This document shows, piece after piece, positions 8,123 to 18,529 of a stretch of DNA of 40,291 bases. Both the position numbers and the translations under genes were made by a program. The stretch comes from Escherichia phage ZG49: sequence record NC_047777.1; one strand, written 5' to 3'. The notes beneath the pieces were generated by a model. The model did not search any database. It saw only the letters and a list, made by a program, of their open reading frames with translations, and was not told the origin of the DNA. Position 1 is the first letter of the stretch; the number at the start of each line of letters is the position of its first letter.

Positions 8123-8854
8123 TGGGATGTATAGCTTGCTTAGAGAAACCAGAGGTAACTCCTACAGATGACCAACCTTCCACTGAGTCAATCGACGCTG
8201 TCCGCAAGCCGTCCCACTATCAGGTATTTGACGGAGTGGAGTCCATTGAGATTATCGCTCGGTCCATGACTGTCAGCGAGTTCCGTGGGTTCTGCATGGG
8301 TAACGTCCTGAAGTATCGACTCCGAGCTGGTAAGAAGTCCGAGCTGGCTACTATGGAGAAGGACCTGAACAAAGCGGACTTCTATCAGGAGCTGTTCGAC
8401 CTGAGCTGGGCTACTTCGGGAAGGCCGTTAAGCTGTCACCTACAGTCTTCGCTCTGATTACTCCGGGCAAAGCTGAAGAGGCTCGCCAGAAGCGTGCGAC
8501 CCACGTACCTGTGGTCTACACTAAGTGGCCTCGAGTTCGTCTGTTCGTTGAGTTCGTGAAGGAGGTGTTCTGATGGGATGTATAGCTTGCTTAGAGAAAC
8601 CAGAGGTAACTCCTACAGATGACCAACCTTCCACTGAGTCAATCGACGCTGTCCGCAAGCCGTCCCACTATCAGGTATTTGACGGAGTGGAGTCCATTGA
8701 GATTATCGCTCGGTCCATGACTGTCAGCGAGTTCCGTGGGTTCTGCATGGGTAACGTCCTGAAGTATCGACTCCGAGCTGGTAAGAAGTCCGAGCTGGCT
8801 ACTATGGAGAAGGACCTGAACAAAGCGGACTTCTATCAGGAGCTGTTCGACCTG
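7953..8854. repeat. Tandem duplication B: two identical 451-bp copies (7953-8403, 8404-8854)
   Basis: Direct reading; ORFs 8122-8457 and 8573-8881 share their first 94 aa. Confidence 0.9.
8122..8457 (+). pseudogene. Chimeric gp1.7 copy created by duplication B (native C-terminus replaced by out-of-frame gp1.6 sequence)
   Basis: Identical to 8573-8881 until ...QELFDL, then diverges at the duplication junction. Confidence 0.6.
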
Positions 8855-8881
8855 CACAAAGGTAAGTGTTATGACGTATGA
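8573..8881 (+). CDS. gp1.7-like protein (nucleotide kinase family), 102 aa
   Basis: GCIACLEK...KPEVTPTDDQPS...IARSMTV...KYRLRAGKKSELA...KADFY resembles the T7 gp1.7 C-terminal half (from memory). Confidence 0.65.
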   Translation: MGCIACLEKPEVTPTDDQPSTESIDAVRKPSHYQVFDGVESIEIIARSMTVSEFRGFCMGNVLKYRLRAGKKSELATMEKDLNKADFYQELFDLHKGKCYDV

Positions 8882-8910
8882 AGAACTTAAAGCTGTAATG
8901 GTGAACCGAT

Positions 8911-9009
8911 ATGCTTAAACCGAGTGAGTGGTGCCGGGAGATGTACGAGAAGACTCTCAACCCGGACTACATTACGTTATACAACCAATGGAAGGAGCGT
9001 GGTCTATGA
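8911..9009 (+). CDS. Small ORF (32 aa), gp1.8-like position
   Basis: ATG at 8911, ends overlapping the gp2 start; no motif. Confidence 0.25.
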   Translation: MLKPSEWCREMYEKTLNPDYITLYNQWKERGL

Positions 9010-9164
9010 CTGACGTAGAGAAGAAATACATCGTTGAGCTTGAGGGTCGCGTTCAGTCCTTCGAGGTTCCGGTGTACGCAAAGTCTCTTGAAGAGGCTAC
9101 ACTGAAGTCCCAAGAGTATGAGGACGCTGGGTTTGTGGTCGGACGGATTCGTCCTGAGACCTAA
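9006..9164 (+). CDS. gp2-like inhibitor of host RNA polymerase (52 aa)
   Basis: [14 protein letters not shown]...[10 protein letters not shown] versus T7 gp2 SFEVPIYAETLDEA...AGFEVTRVRP; RBS AAGGAG before ATG 9006. Confidence 0.7.
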   Translation: MTDVEKKYIVELEGRVQSFEVPVYAKSLEEATLKSQEYEDAGFVVGRIRPET

Positions 9165-9179
9165 ACTATCACTGTAGGA
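9162..9179 (+). promoter_or_regulatory. Phage RNAP promoter variant TAAACTATCACTGTAGGA (phi2.5-like position)
   Basis: One mismatch (-3 G) to consensus. Confidence 0.5.
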
Positions 9180-9221
9180 CAGACGTCCAGTTCGTAACTT
9201 TAAAATAGGAGATTTACACCG

Positions 9222-9920
9222 ATGGCTAAAGAGCAACTGAAGACTTTCACCACTCCGGTAGCTGGTATCGTTGAGCCTTACGCATGGCTGAACAAAGCAG
9301 ACACCAAGTTTAACGAGCGTGGTGAGCATAAGGTTAACCTGACATTCGACCTGAGCAACCCGAAGGTCCGTAAGATGATTGATGTCTTACAGAAGATTCA
9401 CGACGATGCGTATGCGAAAGCACTTGCAGACCACGAGAAGAACCCACCTCAGGTTCAGCGTGGCAAGAAGCCTATTGAACCACGAGAAGGCGACATGCCG
9501 TGGATTGAGAATGGTGACGGTACTGTTACCATGAAGTTTAAATGCTTCGCGTCTTACCTGAAGGATGGTAAGTCTGAGCCTATCATATTACGGTTCTACG
9601 ACACCGATGCTAAGTTAATCCGTGACGTCCCGAATATTGGCGCTGGCTCAAAGCTGAAGGTCAAGTTTAAAGTCCTGCCGTTTAAGTGGAACGCTGCGAC
9701 TGGTGCAAGCGTTAAGCTACAGCTTGAGTCCTGCCTTCTGGTAGAACTGAAGGAGTGGAAAGGCGATGGTGCTGGTGGCGATGGTGGTTGGGGTGATGAT
9801 GAAGACCTCGGTACTGGCTACAAAGCGTCAACCGATGGTGACTTCGGGTCTGATGACTTCGGTGACGATGGTTCCGAAGGTGGTGACGACTCCAACTCTG
9901 GTGGCGATTACGACTTCTAA
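9222..9920 (+). CDS. Single-stranded DNA-binding protein (gp2.5-like, 232 aa)
   Basis: Same length as T7 gp2.5; acidic Gly/Asp-rich C-terminal tail ending in aromatic F (GGDYDF). Confidence 0.9.
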   Translation: MAKEQLKTFTTPVAGIVEPYAWLNKADTKFNERGEHKVNLTFDLSNPKVRKMIDVLQKIHDDAYAKALADHEKNPPQVQRGKKPIEPREGDMPWIENGDGTVTMKFKCFASYLKDGKSEPIILRFYDTDAKLIRDVPNIGAGSKLKVKFKVLPFKWNAATGASVKLQLESCLLVELKEWKGDGAGGDGGWGDDEDLGTGYKASTDGDFGSDDFGDDGSEGGDDSNSGGDYDF

Positions 9921-9976
9921 TGAAACTTAAAGAGAAACTAGAGGCTTACTCTGAGGTTTCTCCTGGTGGATGTAGT

Positions 9977-10426
9977 ATGAGTAGAGGACATCAAGTAGGT
10001 GCTTATCGCTCTGGACTCGAAGCAAAGAACCAAGAGTGGCTTGAGAAGAATGGCGTAAAAGCTGAATACGAAGCATATAAAATAGGCTACGTAGTACCAT
10101 CCAGCGACCACTTCTACACACCAGATTTTATCCTTCCTAACGGTATCATCGTGGAGACCAAAGGTCTCTTCGATAGTGATGACCGTAAGAAGCACCTTCT
10201 GGTACGAGAACAGCACCCTGAGTTAGACATTCGGTTCGTGTTCTCAAGTTCACGCTCCAAGTTATACAAGGGGTCTCCGACCACGTATGGCGCATGGTGC
10301 GAAAAGAACGGCTTTAAGTTTGCCGACAAGTTTATCCCGGTTGAGTGGCTGAGAGAGGTGACTGTACGTCTACCTTCAGGTATTCTCATCCCCAAGAAGA
10401 AAGGAGTTAAGGATATTCGCACCTAA
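9977..10426 (+). CDS. Endonuclease I (gp3-like Holliday junction resolvase, 149 aa from ATG 9977)
   Basis: Strong similarity to T7 gp3 (GAYRSGLE, YTPDF, PNGI.VETKGL..SDDRKKHLL.REQHPELDIR.VFSSSR.KLYKGSPT); track ORF starts earlier at 9920. Confidence 0.85.
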   Translation: MSRGHQVGAYRSGLEAKNQEWLEKNGVKAEYEAYKIGYVVPSSDHFYTPDFILPNGIIVETKGLFDSDDRKKHLLVREQHPELDIRFVFSSSRSKLYKGSPTTYGAWCEKNGFKFADKFIPVEWLREVTVRLPSGILIPKKKGVKDIRT

Positions 10427-11009
10427 AGCGAGACCCTTAAGTTTATGGCTGAAAAATACTCAGTAAGTGAGACAACCATAAGTCGAATCAGGAACAACAA
10501 GAGGTGGAAATAATAATGGGAAGTAAAGTACAATTCATGCCACGCAAGTCAACTGACGCTATCTTCGTTCACTGTTCGGCTACCAAGCCAGAGATGGACA
10601 TCGGGGTAGAGACCATCCGTATGGTGTTCTCAAGTTCACGCTCCAAGTTATACAAGGGGTCTCCGACCACGTATGGCGCATGGTGCGAAAAGAACGGCTT
10701 TAAGTTTGCCGACAAGTTTATCCCGGTTGAGTGGCTGAGAGAGGTGACTGTACGTCTACCTTCAGGTATTCTCATCCCCAAGAAGAAAGGAGTTAAGGAT
10801 ATTCGCACCTAAAGCGAGACCCTTAAGTTTATGGCTGAAAAATACTCAGTAAGTGAGACAACCATAAGTCGAATCAGGAACAACAAGAGGTGGAAATAAT
10901 AATGGGAAGTAAAGTACAATTCATGCCACGCAAGTCAACTGACGCTATCTTCGTTCACTGTTCGGCTACCAAGCCAGAGATGGACATCGGGGTAGAGACC
11001 ATCCGTATG
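10238..11009. repeat. Tandem duplication C: two identical 386-bp copies (10238-10623, 10624-11009)
   Basis: Direct reading; ORF 10504-10812 has the lysozyme N-terminus fused to the endonuclease I C-terminus. Confidence 0.9.
10504..10812 (+). pseudogene. Chimeric ORF: lysozyme N-terminal 40 aa fused to endonuclease I C-terminal 62 aa
   Basis: N-terminus identical to 10890-11360 and C-terminus identical to 9920-10426; switch at the duplication junction. Confidence 0.6.
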
Positions 11010-11360
11010 TGGCACAAGCAACAAGGCTGGCTGGACGTAGGCTACCACTTTATCATCAAGCGAGATGGCACTGTGGAAGAGGGTCGCCCGGTCAATGTCG
11101 TAGGGTCACACGTTAAGGACTGGAACTCAAAGTCCGTAGGCGTCTGCCTTGTAGGTGGAATTGACGCTAAGGGCAAGTTTGAAGCTAACTTCACTCCGGC
11201 CCAGATGAACTCCCTGCGCAACAAGCTGGCTGACCTGAAGGCCCTGTATCCTCAGGCAGAAATAAAAGCACACCATGATGTAGCACCTAAGGCGTGTCCA
11301 AGTTTCGACTTGCAACGCTGGCTGTCTACCGATGAACTGGTCACTTCCGACCGTGGTTAA
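10902..11360 (+). CDS. Lysozyme / N-acetylmuramoyl-L-alanine amidase (gp3.5-like)
   Basis: Strong similarity to T7 lysozyme (STDAIFVHCSATKP, WLDVGYHFIIKRDGTVE, HH..APKACPSFD, ELVTSDRG); ATG 10902 after GAGGTGGA. Confidence 0.9.
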   Translation: MGSKVQFMPRKSTDAIFVHCSATKPEMDIGVETIRMWHKQQGWLDVGYHFIIKRDGTVEEGRPVNVVGSHVKDWNSKSVGVCLVGGIDAKGKFEANFTPAQMNSLRNKLADLKALYPQAEIKAHHDVAPKACPSFDLQRWLSTDELVTSDRG

Positions 11361-11384
11361 TAAACTCTAAAGGAGAACAACTCA

Positions 11385-11585
11385 ATGATTAAACTTATTG
11401 AATTTCTTGGTCGTCTGGTGGTGCGTGGTTATCGTCGTGCTGCGGTTATGGAACGAAAGGTAGAAAAGAAGACTGCTGACAGTGCGGCTGATGCTGCTGC
11501 TCTGGCTGACAAGCTGACCATCGCGTCACTGGAAGCTGGAATGAAGGCACGTCAAGCTGACACCAAAGCTGACCAGTTGGCTTAG
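11385..11585 (+). CDS. Hypothetical protein (66 aa)
   Basis: ORF with GGAG RBS; no motif recognised. Confidence 0.4.
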   Translation: MIKLIEFLGRLVVRGYRRAAVMERKVEKKTADSAADAAALADKLTIASLEAGMKARQADTKADQLA

Positions 11586-11597
11586 TTCTTCAAAGAC

Positions 11598-11616
11598 TAA
11601 ACTATCACCTTAGGGA
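11598..11616 (+). promoter_or_regulatory. Degenerate phage promoter-like site TAAACTATCACCTTAGGGA upstream of gene 4
   Basis: Two mismatches in the -4/-3 core; position matches T7 phi3.8. Confidence 0.3.
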
Positions 11617-11665
11617 TGGGACCATGAGTCCTTTCCCTTTGTTCGCATTTGTGATTAAGGAGTGA

Positions 11666-13369
<1,704 letters not shown>

Positions 13370-13380
13370 GGAGGAGTACA

Positions 13381-13545
13381 TTGCTAAGAAAACTTAAAGC
13401 TCGCTACCATCGGTTCATGTACAAATGGTGGAGTGATGAAGCAACCTGCCTGTCCAACATTCTGGGAGACCAGAGGTTCGACTCTAAGGCATGGAAGAAA
13501 GCTAACCGGAAGTTTATGTATCACTTCTTGCGTACAGACTTCTAG
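13381..13545 (+). CDS. Small basic ORF (about 54 aa), gp4.3/4.5-like position; start uncertain
   Basis: TTG at 13381 with RBS AAGGAGGA; in frame with track ORF 13348-13545. Confidence 0.25.
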   Translation: MLRKLKARYHRFMYKWWSDEATCLSNILGDQRFDSKAWKKANRKFMYHFLRTDF

Positions 13546-13555
13546 GTCTAGACTC

Positions 13556-13580
13556 AAGGTCATTCACATCGAGTGGCCTT
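13556..13580 (+). promoter_or_regulatory. RNA hairpin (10-bp stem, 5-nt loop); candidate RNase III site (R4.7-like)
   Basis: AAGGUCAUUC / GAGUGGCCUU; same flanking motif as 6183 and 37388. Confidence 0.45.
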
Positions 13581-13608
13581 TATGATTAGACTAAACGGAG
13601 GATTAACC

Positions 13609-15780
13609 ATGTTTGACCTTAAGAGTATCTGGGGTTCTGACATAGAGACCAACGGTCTCCTTGATACAGTCTCCCAGTTTCACTGTGGGGTCCTGATTAA
13701 CGCCGAGTCGAATGAGACCCTTAAGTATGGGGTAGCTCCGATGGTCGGTATCGTCGGTGGCTTCAAAGAGTATGTACAGAAGGTGGAAGAGATTGCCGCA
13801 TCACCTGATGGTATGCTGGTATTCCACAACGGTATCAACTATGACGTACCTGCTATTGACAAGCTGAAACGTCTGTACTTTGGGAAACGTTTCAACTTCC
13901 CGAAACACAAGATGATTGATACCTTGGTGCTGGGCCGCTTGATGTATCCCAACATTAAGTTCTCAGACATGGGAGCAGTGAAAGCTGGTCGTCTGCCACC
14001 TAAGATGATGGGACGCCAGTCTCTTGAGGCTTGGGGCTATCGTCTCGGTGAGATGAAAGGTGAGTACAAACACGATTACGTTGCCAAGTGCAAGGCTGAA
14101 GGTATCGAATATAAGGCTGGGGACGAATGGTTGTTCCCATCTCAGGAGATGCTAGACTATAACGTTCAAGACGTTGTGGTCACACTGGCGTTGTTCAAGA
14201 AGTTCCTGACTGACAAGTATTACTTCCAGTCTGAACAGTTTGCTTTCGACCAGATTTATGCGTTGCGTCTGGAACATGATGCTGCGTGGACCTGTGCGAA
14301 GATGGAACGTAACGGCTATCCGATGAACACCGAGATGGTCGAAGGTTTATATCGTGAACTCACCGTCAAACGTGCAGAGCTGTTGGACAAGCTGCGTTCG
14401 ACTTTCGGTAGCTGGTATGCACCAAAGGGAGGCAAGGAGTTCTTCAAGCACCCACGGACAGGCAAGGACCTTCCGAAGTATCCGCGAGTCGTGTATCCTA
14501 AGGTCGGGTCAGTATTCAAGAAGCCGAAGAACAAAGCTCAACGCTTAGGTCTGGAGCCTTGCGAGTTAGACTCACGAGACACGATGGAAGGAGCACCGTT
14601 CACGCCAATCACTTACGTTGAGTTTAATCCGGGAAGCGGAGACCACTTAGCGAAAGTCTTGATGGAGCGTGGTTGGGAGCCTGTGGACTTCACTGACACT
14701 GGGAAACCTGTAGTCGATGACGAGACGTTAGAACACGTTAAGCTACCAGACGCAGAGGCTCAGGCTTGCGTAGAGCTGGTCCGTGAGTATCTGGTAGTCC
14801 AGAAGCGCATCGGTCAGGCGGCTGAAGGTAAGAACGCATGGTTGAAACTTGTAGGTCCAGACGGACGTATGCACGGTTCAATCAACCCATGCGGTGCAGT
14901 AACAGGACGTGCGACTCATAGTTCACCAAACATGGCTCAGGTCCCTGCTAACGGTGCTCCGTATGGTGAGATTTGCCGTGGTGCTTTCGGTGCAGCTTGG
15001 AACAAGACGGATGGTAAGCCAGACCCTTGGATTCAAGTGGGTGTGGATGCTTCAGGTCTTGAGCTTCGTTGTCTGGGGAACCGAGCAGCTCCGTTTGATG
15101 GTGGTGCCTATGCGAAGACTGTGGTCGAAGGTGACATCCACTGGGCCAACGCAGTAAACGCTGGGTTAGCACCTAATGTCCCACGAGATAAGTTGAACCA
15201 CGACCATGATGCTTTCCGTAACAACGCTAAGACGTTCATCTATGCGTTCCTGTATGGTGCAGGGGCCGCTAAGATTGGACTGATAGTCGGCGGTGGTAAG
15301 AAGGAAGGTTCAGCTCTCATGAAGAAATTCATTGAGGGTACACCAGCCATCAAGGACCTCAGGGAAGCTGTGAGTAAGACGTTAATCTCAGACTCTAAGT
15401 GGGTGGACGGAGAGAACATCGTTAAGTGGAAACGCCGTTGGTTGCGTGGACTTGATGGTCGCCGTATCCACATCCGGTCTCCGCACTCAGCACTGAACGC
15501 CTTACTTCAAGGTGACGGTGCGGTAGTTTGTAAAACGTGGTTCACTTGGCTTGAGAGGAACCTAGAAGCTAAAGGCTACGTGCATGGCTGGGATGGTGAC
15601 TTTGCGATTATGGCTTTTGTCCATGACGAAGTTCAGGTTGCCGCAAGGACTATGGAAATAGCTGAGGACATAGTTAGGGTGGCGCAGTCCACAATGCGAG
15701 AGGTTGGAGAGTTCTACCAGTTCAAGTGTGTGCTTGACACCGAGGGTAAGATAGGACCTACGTGGCGCGAATGTCACTAA
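13609..15780 (+). CDS. DNA polymerase (gp5-like, family A) with thioredoxin-binding loop
   Basis: Colinear similarity to T7 DNAP including the thioredoxin-binding insert (TFGSWY.PKGG.E.F.HPRTGK.LPKYPR...PKVG..FKKPKNKAQR); ATG 13609 after GGAGG. Confidence 0.95.
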   Translation: MFDLKSIWGSDIETNGLLDTVSQFHCGVLINAESNETLKYGVAPMVGIVGGFKEYVQKVEEIAASPDGMLVFHNGINYDVPAIDKLKRLYFGKRFNFPKHKMIDTLVLGRLMYPNIKFSDMGAVKAGRLPPKMMGRQSLEAWGYRLGEMKGEYKHDYVAKCKAEGIEYKAGDEWLFPSQEMLDYNVQDVVVTLALFKKFLTDKYYFQSEQFAFDQIYALRLEHDAAWTCAKMERNGYPMNTEMVEGLYRELTVKRAELLDKLRSTFGSWYAPKGGKEFFKHPRTGKDLPKYPRVVYPKVGSVFKKPKNKAQRLGLEPCELDSRDTMEGAPFTPITYVEFNPGSGDHLAKVLMERGWEPVDFTDTGKPVVDDETLEHVKLPDAEAQACVELVREYLVVQKRIGQAAEGKNAWLKLVGPDGRMHGSINPCGAVTGRATHSSPNMAQVPANGAPYGEICRGAFGAAWNKTDGKPDPWIQVGVDASGLELRCLGNRAAPFDGGAYAKTVVEGDIHWANAVNAGLAPNVPRDKLNHDHDAFRNNAKTFIYAFLYGAGAAKIGLIVGGGKKEGSALMKKFIEGTPAIKDLREAVSKTLISDSKWVDGENIVKWKRRWLRGLDGRRIHIRSPHSALNALLQGDGAVVCKTWFTWLERNLEAKGYVHGWDGDFAIMAFVHDEVQVAARTMEIAEDIVRVAQSTMREVGEFYQFKCVLDTEGKIGPTWRECH

Positions 15781-15789
15781 GGAGATAAG

Positions 15790-16116
15790 ATGGGAGGTGT
15801 AGCAACCTTACGCTTCCATAAGATGCCTACTGGATGTATCGTCTGTGTATCACATCGTCGAAACCATGATGGATACTTTCGGTACACGGTAGGCTCTGCC
15901 CGTAAGCCTGGACGCAAGGCGTTTATGTTCCACCGATGGGTGTGGGAACAGAAGCGTGGGCCTATACCAGATGGCTATGAGATAGACCATTTGTGTTTGA
16001 ATCGTGGGTGCTGTAACGTAGAACATCTACAATGTATTCCAAAGCGTGATCACGTCATCAAGACGAACCGTGAGCGCAAACTTATTAAGAAGGAGAAGAC
16101 TAATGGCTATTACTAA
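15790..16116 (+). CDS. HNH family endonuclease (108 aa)
   Basis: H-N-H type motif region HRWVWE...DHLCLNRGCCNVEHL...H; immediately after DNAP. Confidence 0.75.
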   Translation: MGGVATLRFHKMPTGCIVCVSHRRNHDGYFRYTVGSARKPGRKAFMFHRWVWEQKRGPIPDGYEIDHLCLNRGCCNVEHLQCIPKRDHVIKTNRERKLIKKEKTNGYY

Positions 16117-16292
16117 ACGTATTCGTGTAAGTTTCGACCTGAAGATGGTTGTTAGCTCAAAGAAAGAAGAGACCAGGCCCTGAGTCTGCCCTTGAAATTG
16201 CCATCAAGAAGGCCGTCAAGGAGGAGCTGGTAGATGCCTTTGATGATGACCAGTTCGGCGTGTCCAACCTGCGATTCGAGGTCAAGCAATGA
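16103..16292 (+). pseudogene. gp5.5-like gene interrupted by a +1 frame change (26-aa N-terminal ORF 16103-16183, remainder open in the next frame to 16292)
   Basis: N-terminus MAITKRIRVSFD resembles T7 gp5.5 MAMTKKFKVSFD (from memory); stop after 26 codons; adjacent frame open to the gp5.7 start. Confidence 0.4.
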
Positions 16293-16498
16293 GTGAATAC
16301 TTACGGGTCCTAGCGGCCCTTAAGTCCTGCCCGAAGACCTTCCAGTCTAACTATGTGCGCAATAACGCTGCACTTGTGGCTGAGGCTGCGAGTCGTGGAC
16401 ATCTAAGCTGCCTGTCTATGGATGGGCGTAACAACGGTGCGTGGGAGATTACCGCTGCTGGCACCAAGTTCCTGAACCAACACGGAGGCTGTCTGTGA
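16289..16498 (+). CDS. gp5.7-like protein (69 aa)
   Basis: Same length and position as T7 gp5.7; ATG overlaps upstream stop. Confidence 0.5.
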   Translation: MSEYLRVLAALKSCPKTFQSNYVRNNAALVAEAASRGHLSCLSMDGRNNGAWEITAAGTKFLNQHGGCL

Positions 16499-16947
16499 AG
16501 ATACCTGAAAGTCTGAAAGAGCTGGTCCTTGAAATGGGTGAATTCGATAAGGAGCACCGCAAGTACGGTGAGTTCTACGCATCTTGGTCATTCACCCTGA
16601 CTGAGAAGGACGTTGAGGCCTACGCCGAGTCTCCCGCTGAGGTTTATGAGTGGCGTCCGTTCATCGGACTGACCATCGTAGCTAGCGGTATGTGGGATGA
16701 CGGATACGGCTCAGAGGTAAACGACTGGGACGTATATCGCCAAGTTGAGAAGGAGACCGAAATGTCTTCCAACTTCTGGAGCCTGATGTCACACCTCAAC
16801 TCAGAGGATAATGACATGGCCCATGAGTTCGCCAACAAATGGCTGAAGCCTGAGGTGACTCTCGAACGTATTGAGGAGCCGAAAGTTTCCTTGATGCCAG
16901 CTACGGTAGCTATGGCTACAGGAGGTCTGGACGATGACTTCGAATAA
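16495..16947 (+). CDS. Strongly acidic hypothetical protein (about 150 aa), gp5.9-like position
   Basis: GTG at 16495 after GGAGG overlapping upstream stop; large excess of D/E over K/R. Confidence 0.45.
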   Translation: MKIPESLKELVLEMGEFDKEHRKYGEFYASWSFTLTEKDVEAYAESPAEVYEWRPFIGLTIVASGMWDDGYGSEVNDWDVYRQVEKETEMSSNFWSLMSHLNSEDNDMAHEFANKWLKPEVTLERIEEPKVSLMPATVAMATGGLDDDFE

Positions 16948-17803
16948 GAAGATAGCTCTGGTTCTGGATGGTGACTATCTGGTCTTCTCTTCTATGGCTG
17001 CTGCCGAGGACGAGACAGACTGGGGTGATGACATCTGGACCCTTATCTGCGACCACGCCAAGGCTCGTCGTATCCTTGAGAACACCATCGCTGAAATCGT
17101 TAAGAAGCGCAAGGCGTGGAAAGACGCTAAGATTGTGATGTGCTTCACCGACGATTACAACTGGCGTAAGGACGTTCTGCCAACCTATAAGGCCAACCGT
17201 AAAGGTTCCCGCAAGCCTGTAGGTTACAAGAAGTTCGTAGCCGAAGTGATGGCTGACCCACGGTTCAACAGCTTCCTGCGTCCTACGCTTGAAGGTGATG
17301 ACTGTATGGGTATCATCGGGACCCGACCTCAGATTGTTGACTGTGATCATGCGGTTCTGGTGTCCTGTGACAAGGACTTCAAGACCATCCCGAACTGTGA
17401 GTTCTTCTGGTTAACCACTGGTGAAATCCTGAGTCATACGACTGCTGAGGCAGACTATTGGCACATGGAGCAGACCATCAAGGGTGACACTACAGATGGC
17501 TATGGTGGTATTCCGGGGATGGGTGAGGACACCACTCGTGCGTTCCTTGACGAGCCGTACTACTTCGTGCAGGAGAGCCGTGAGCTTAAGACTGGCAAGA
17601 ACAAAGGCCAGATTAAGACCGAATGGAAGAAGTATCCGAAGCGTGAAGACATGACGCTGTGGGACTGCATGGTTACACTGGCTGCTAAGGCTGGCATGAC
17701 CGAGGAGGAACTTCTGGTCCAAGCTCAGGTCGCTCGTATTTGTCGAGCATCTGACTATGACCCTAAGTCCAAGGAGGTCATCCTATGGACACCACCCATG
17801 TAA
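16934..17803 (+). CDS. 5'-3' exonuclease (gp6-like)
   Basis: 289 aa versus T7 gp6 300 aa; conserved position; RBS AGGAGG. Confidence 0.85.
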   Translation: MTSNKKIALVLDGDYLVFSSMAAAEDETDWGDDIWTLICDHAKARRILENTIAEIVKKRKAWKDAKIVMCFTDDYNWRKDVLPTYKANRKGSRKPVGYKKFVAEVMADPRFNSFLRPTLEGDDCMGIIGTRPQIVDCDHAVLVSCDKDFKTIPNCEFFWLTTGEILSHTTAEADYWHMEQTIKGDTTDGYGGIPGMGEDTTRAFLDEPYYFVQESRELKTGKNKGQIKTEWKKYPKREDMTLWDCMVTLAAKAGMTEEELLVQAQVARICRASDYDPKSKEVILWTPPM

Positions 17804-17877
17804 TTTACTGGGTAGGACTTCTTGCCCTTTACTGCATGTACAAGTGGTTCGGGTCGAACAACCGCCCTAAACACTGA
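17785..17877 (+). CDS. Small hydrophobic peptide (30 aa), gp6.3-like
   Basis: ATG 17785 with RBS AAGGAGG 7 nt upstream; hydrophobic; overlaps gp6 3' end. Confidence 0.35.
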   Translation: MDTTHVIYWVGLLALYCMYKWFGSNNRPKH

Positions 17878-17931
17878 GTCTAGCCGATAGTCATATCCTA
17901 TCAATCCAACAGTCATCCATAGGTGAAACAC

Positions 17932-17950
17932 TAAACTATCACTATAGGGA
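17932..17950 (+). promoter_or_regulatory. Phage RNAP promoter TAAACTATCACTATAGGGA (phi6.5-like)
   Basis: Exact consensus; intergenic. Confidence 0.7.
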
Positions 17951-18013
17951 CTTTAGGACCTAAGATATGACTATAAGATAGACTTTAGTCTTAACTTAAA
18001 GAGGAGATTCAAG

Positions 18014-18286
18014 ATGGCTATTACTGCTATTGAAAACGTTGTTAAGCAGTTACAGGAAGAAAGACTTGATGTCCCGAACATCTCACAGTCTGCTATCCAG
18101 TTCCTGCACGTATTGTTCAACGCAAGCTACGCTGAGAAGATGGGAGCTATCAGTCTCCTCAAGCAGCAAGGCTACAGCGATGCGTTCATTGCCGGGTTCA
18201 TCAAGGGTCTCCAGTATTGTTCTGACACTCTCGACTCTGCGATTGCTATGCGTCGTGAGCTGAAAGATACCGTTCAGTTTGATTAA
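18014..18286 (+). CDS. gp6.5-like hypothetical protein
   Basis: Position and size; RBS AGAGGAG. Confidence 0.5.
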   Translation: MAITAIENVVKQLQEERLDVPNISQSAIQFLHVLFNASYAEKMGAISLLKQQGYSDAFIAGFIKGLQYCSDTLDSAIAMRRELKDTVQFD

Positions 18287-18300
18287 CTGTAGGAGGGACT

Positions 18301-18525
18301 ATGTGTTTCAGTCCGAAGATTAGCACTCCGAAGCCTTCGGTCAAAGCACCTGAACCAGCACCTCTGAGTGAGGAAGTTGCGTCAGTTGACATCGGGGCTG
18401 AATCAGATGTGGACACCAACGAGACCAAAGGTATCAAAGACCTGAAGGTCAAGAAGGAGACTGCACCTAAAGATAAATCGTCAGTAAGTCGCGCTATGCG
18501 TAACTCTGGCGTCAACATGGGGTAA
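18301..18525 (+). CDS. gp6.7-like virion protein
   Basis: Position and size; RBS GGAGGG. Confidence 0.5.
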   Translation: MCFSPKISTPKPSVKAPEPAPLSEEVASVDIGAESDVDTNETKGIKDLKVKKETAPKDKSSVSRAMRNSGVNMG

Positions 18526-18529
18526 GATA

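Noticed and set aside
9141-9154. Short hairpin GGACG-GATT-CGTCC as a terminator
   Set aside because: Lies inside the gp2 coding sequence immediately before a promoter, with no U-tract; too short to call.
10445-10510. 21-aa peptide MAEKYSVSETTISRIRNNKRWK with an HTH-like flavour (duplicated at 10831-10896)
   Set aside because: Too short for a complete helix-turn-helix domain; present twice only because it lies inside duplication C.
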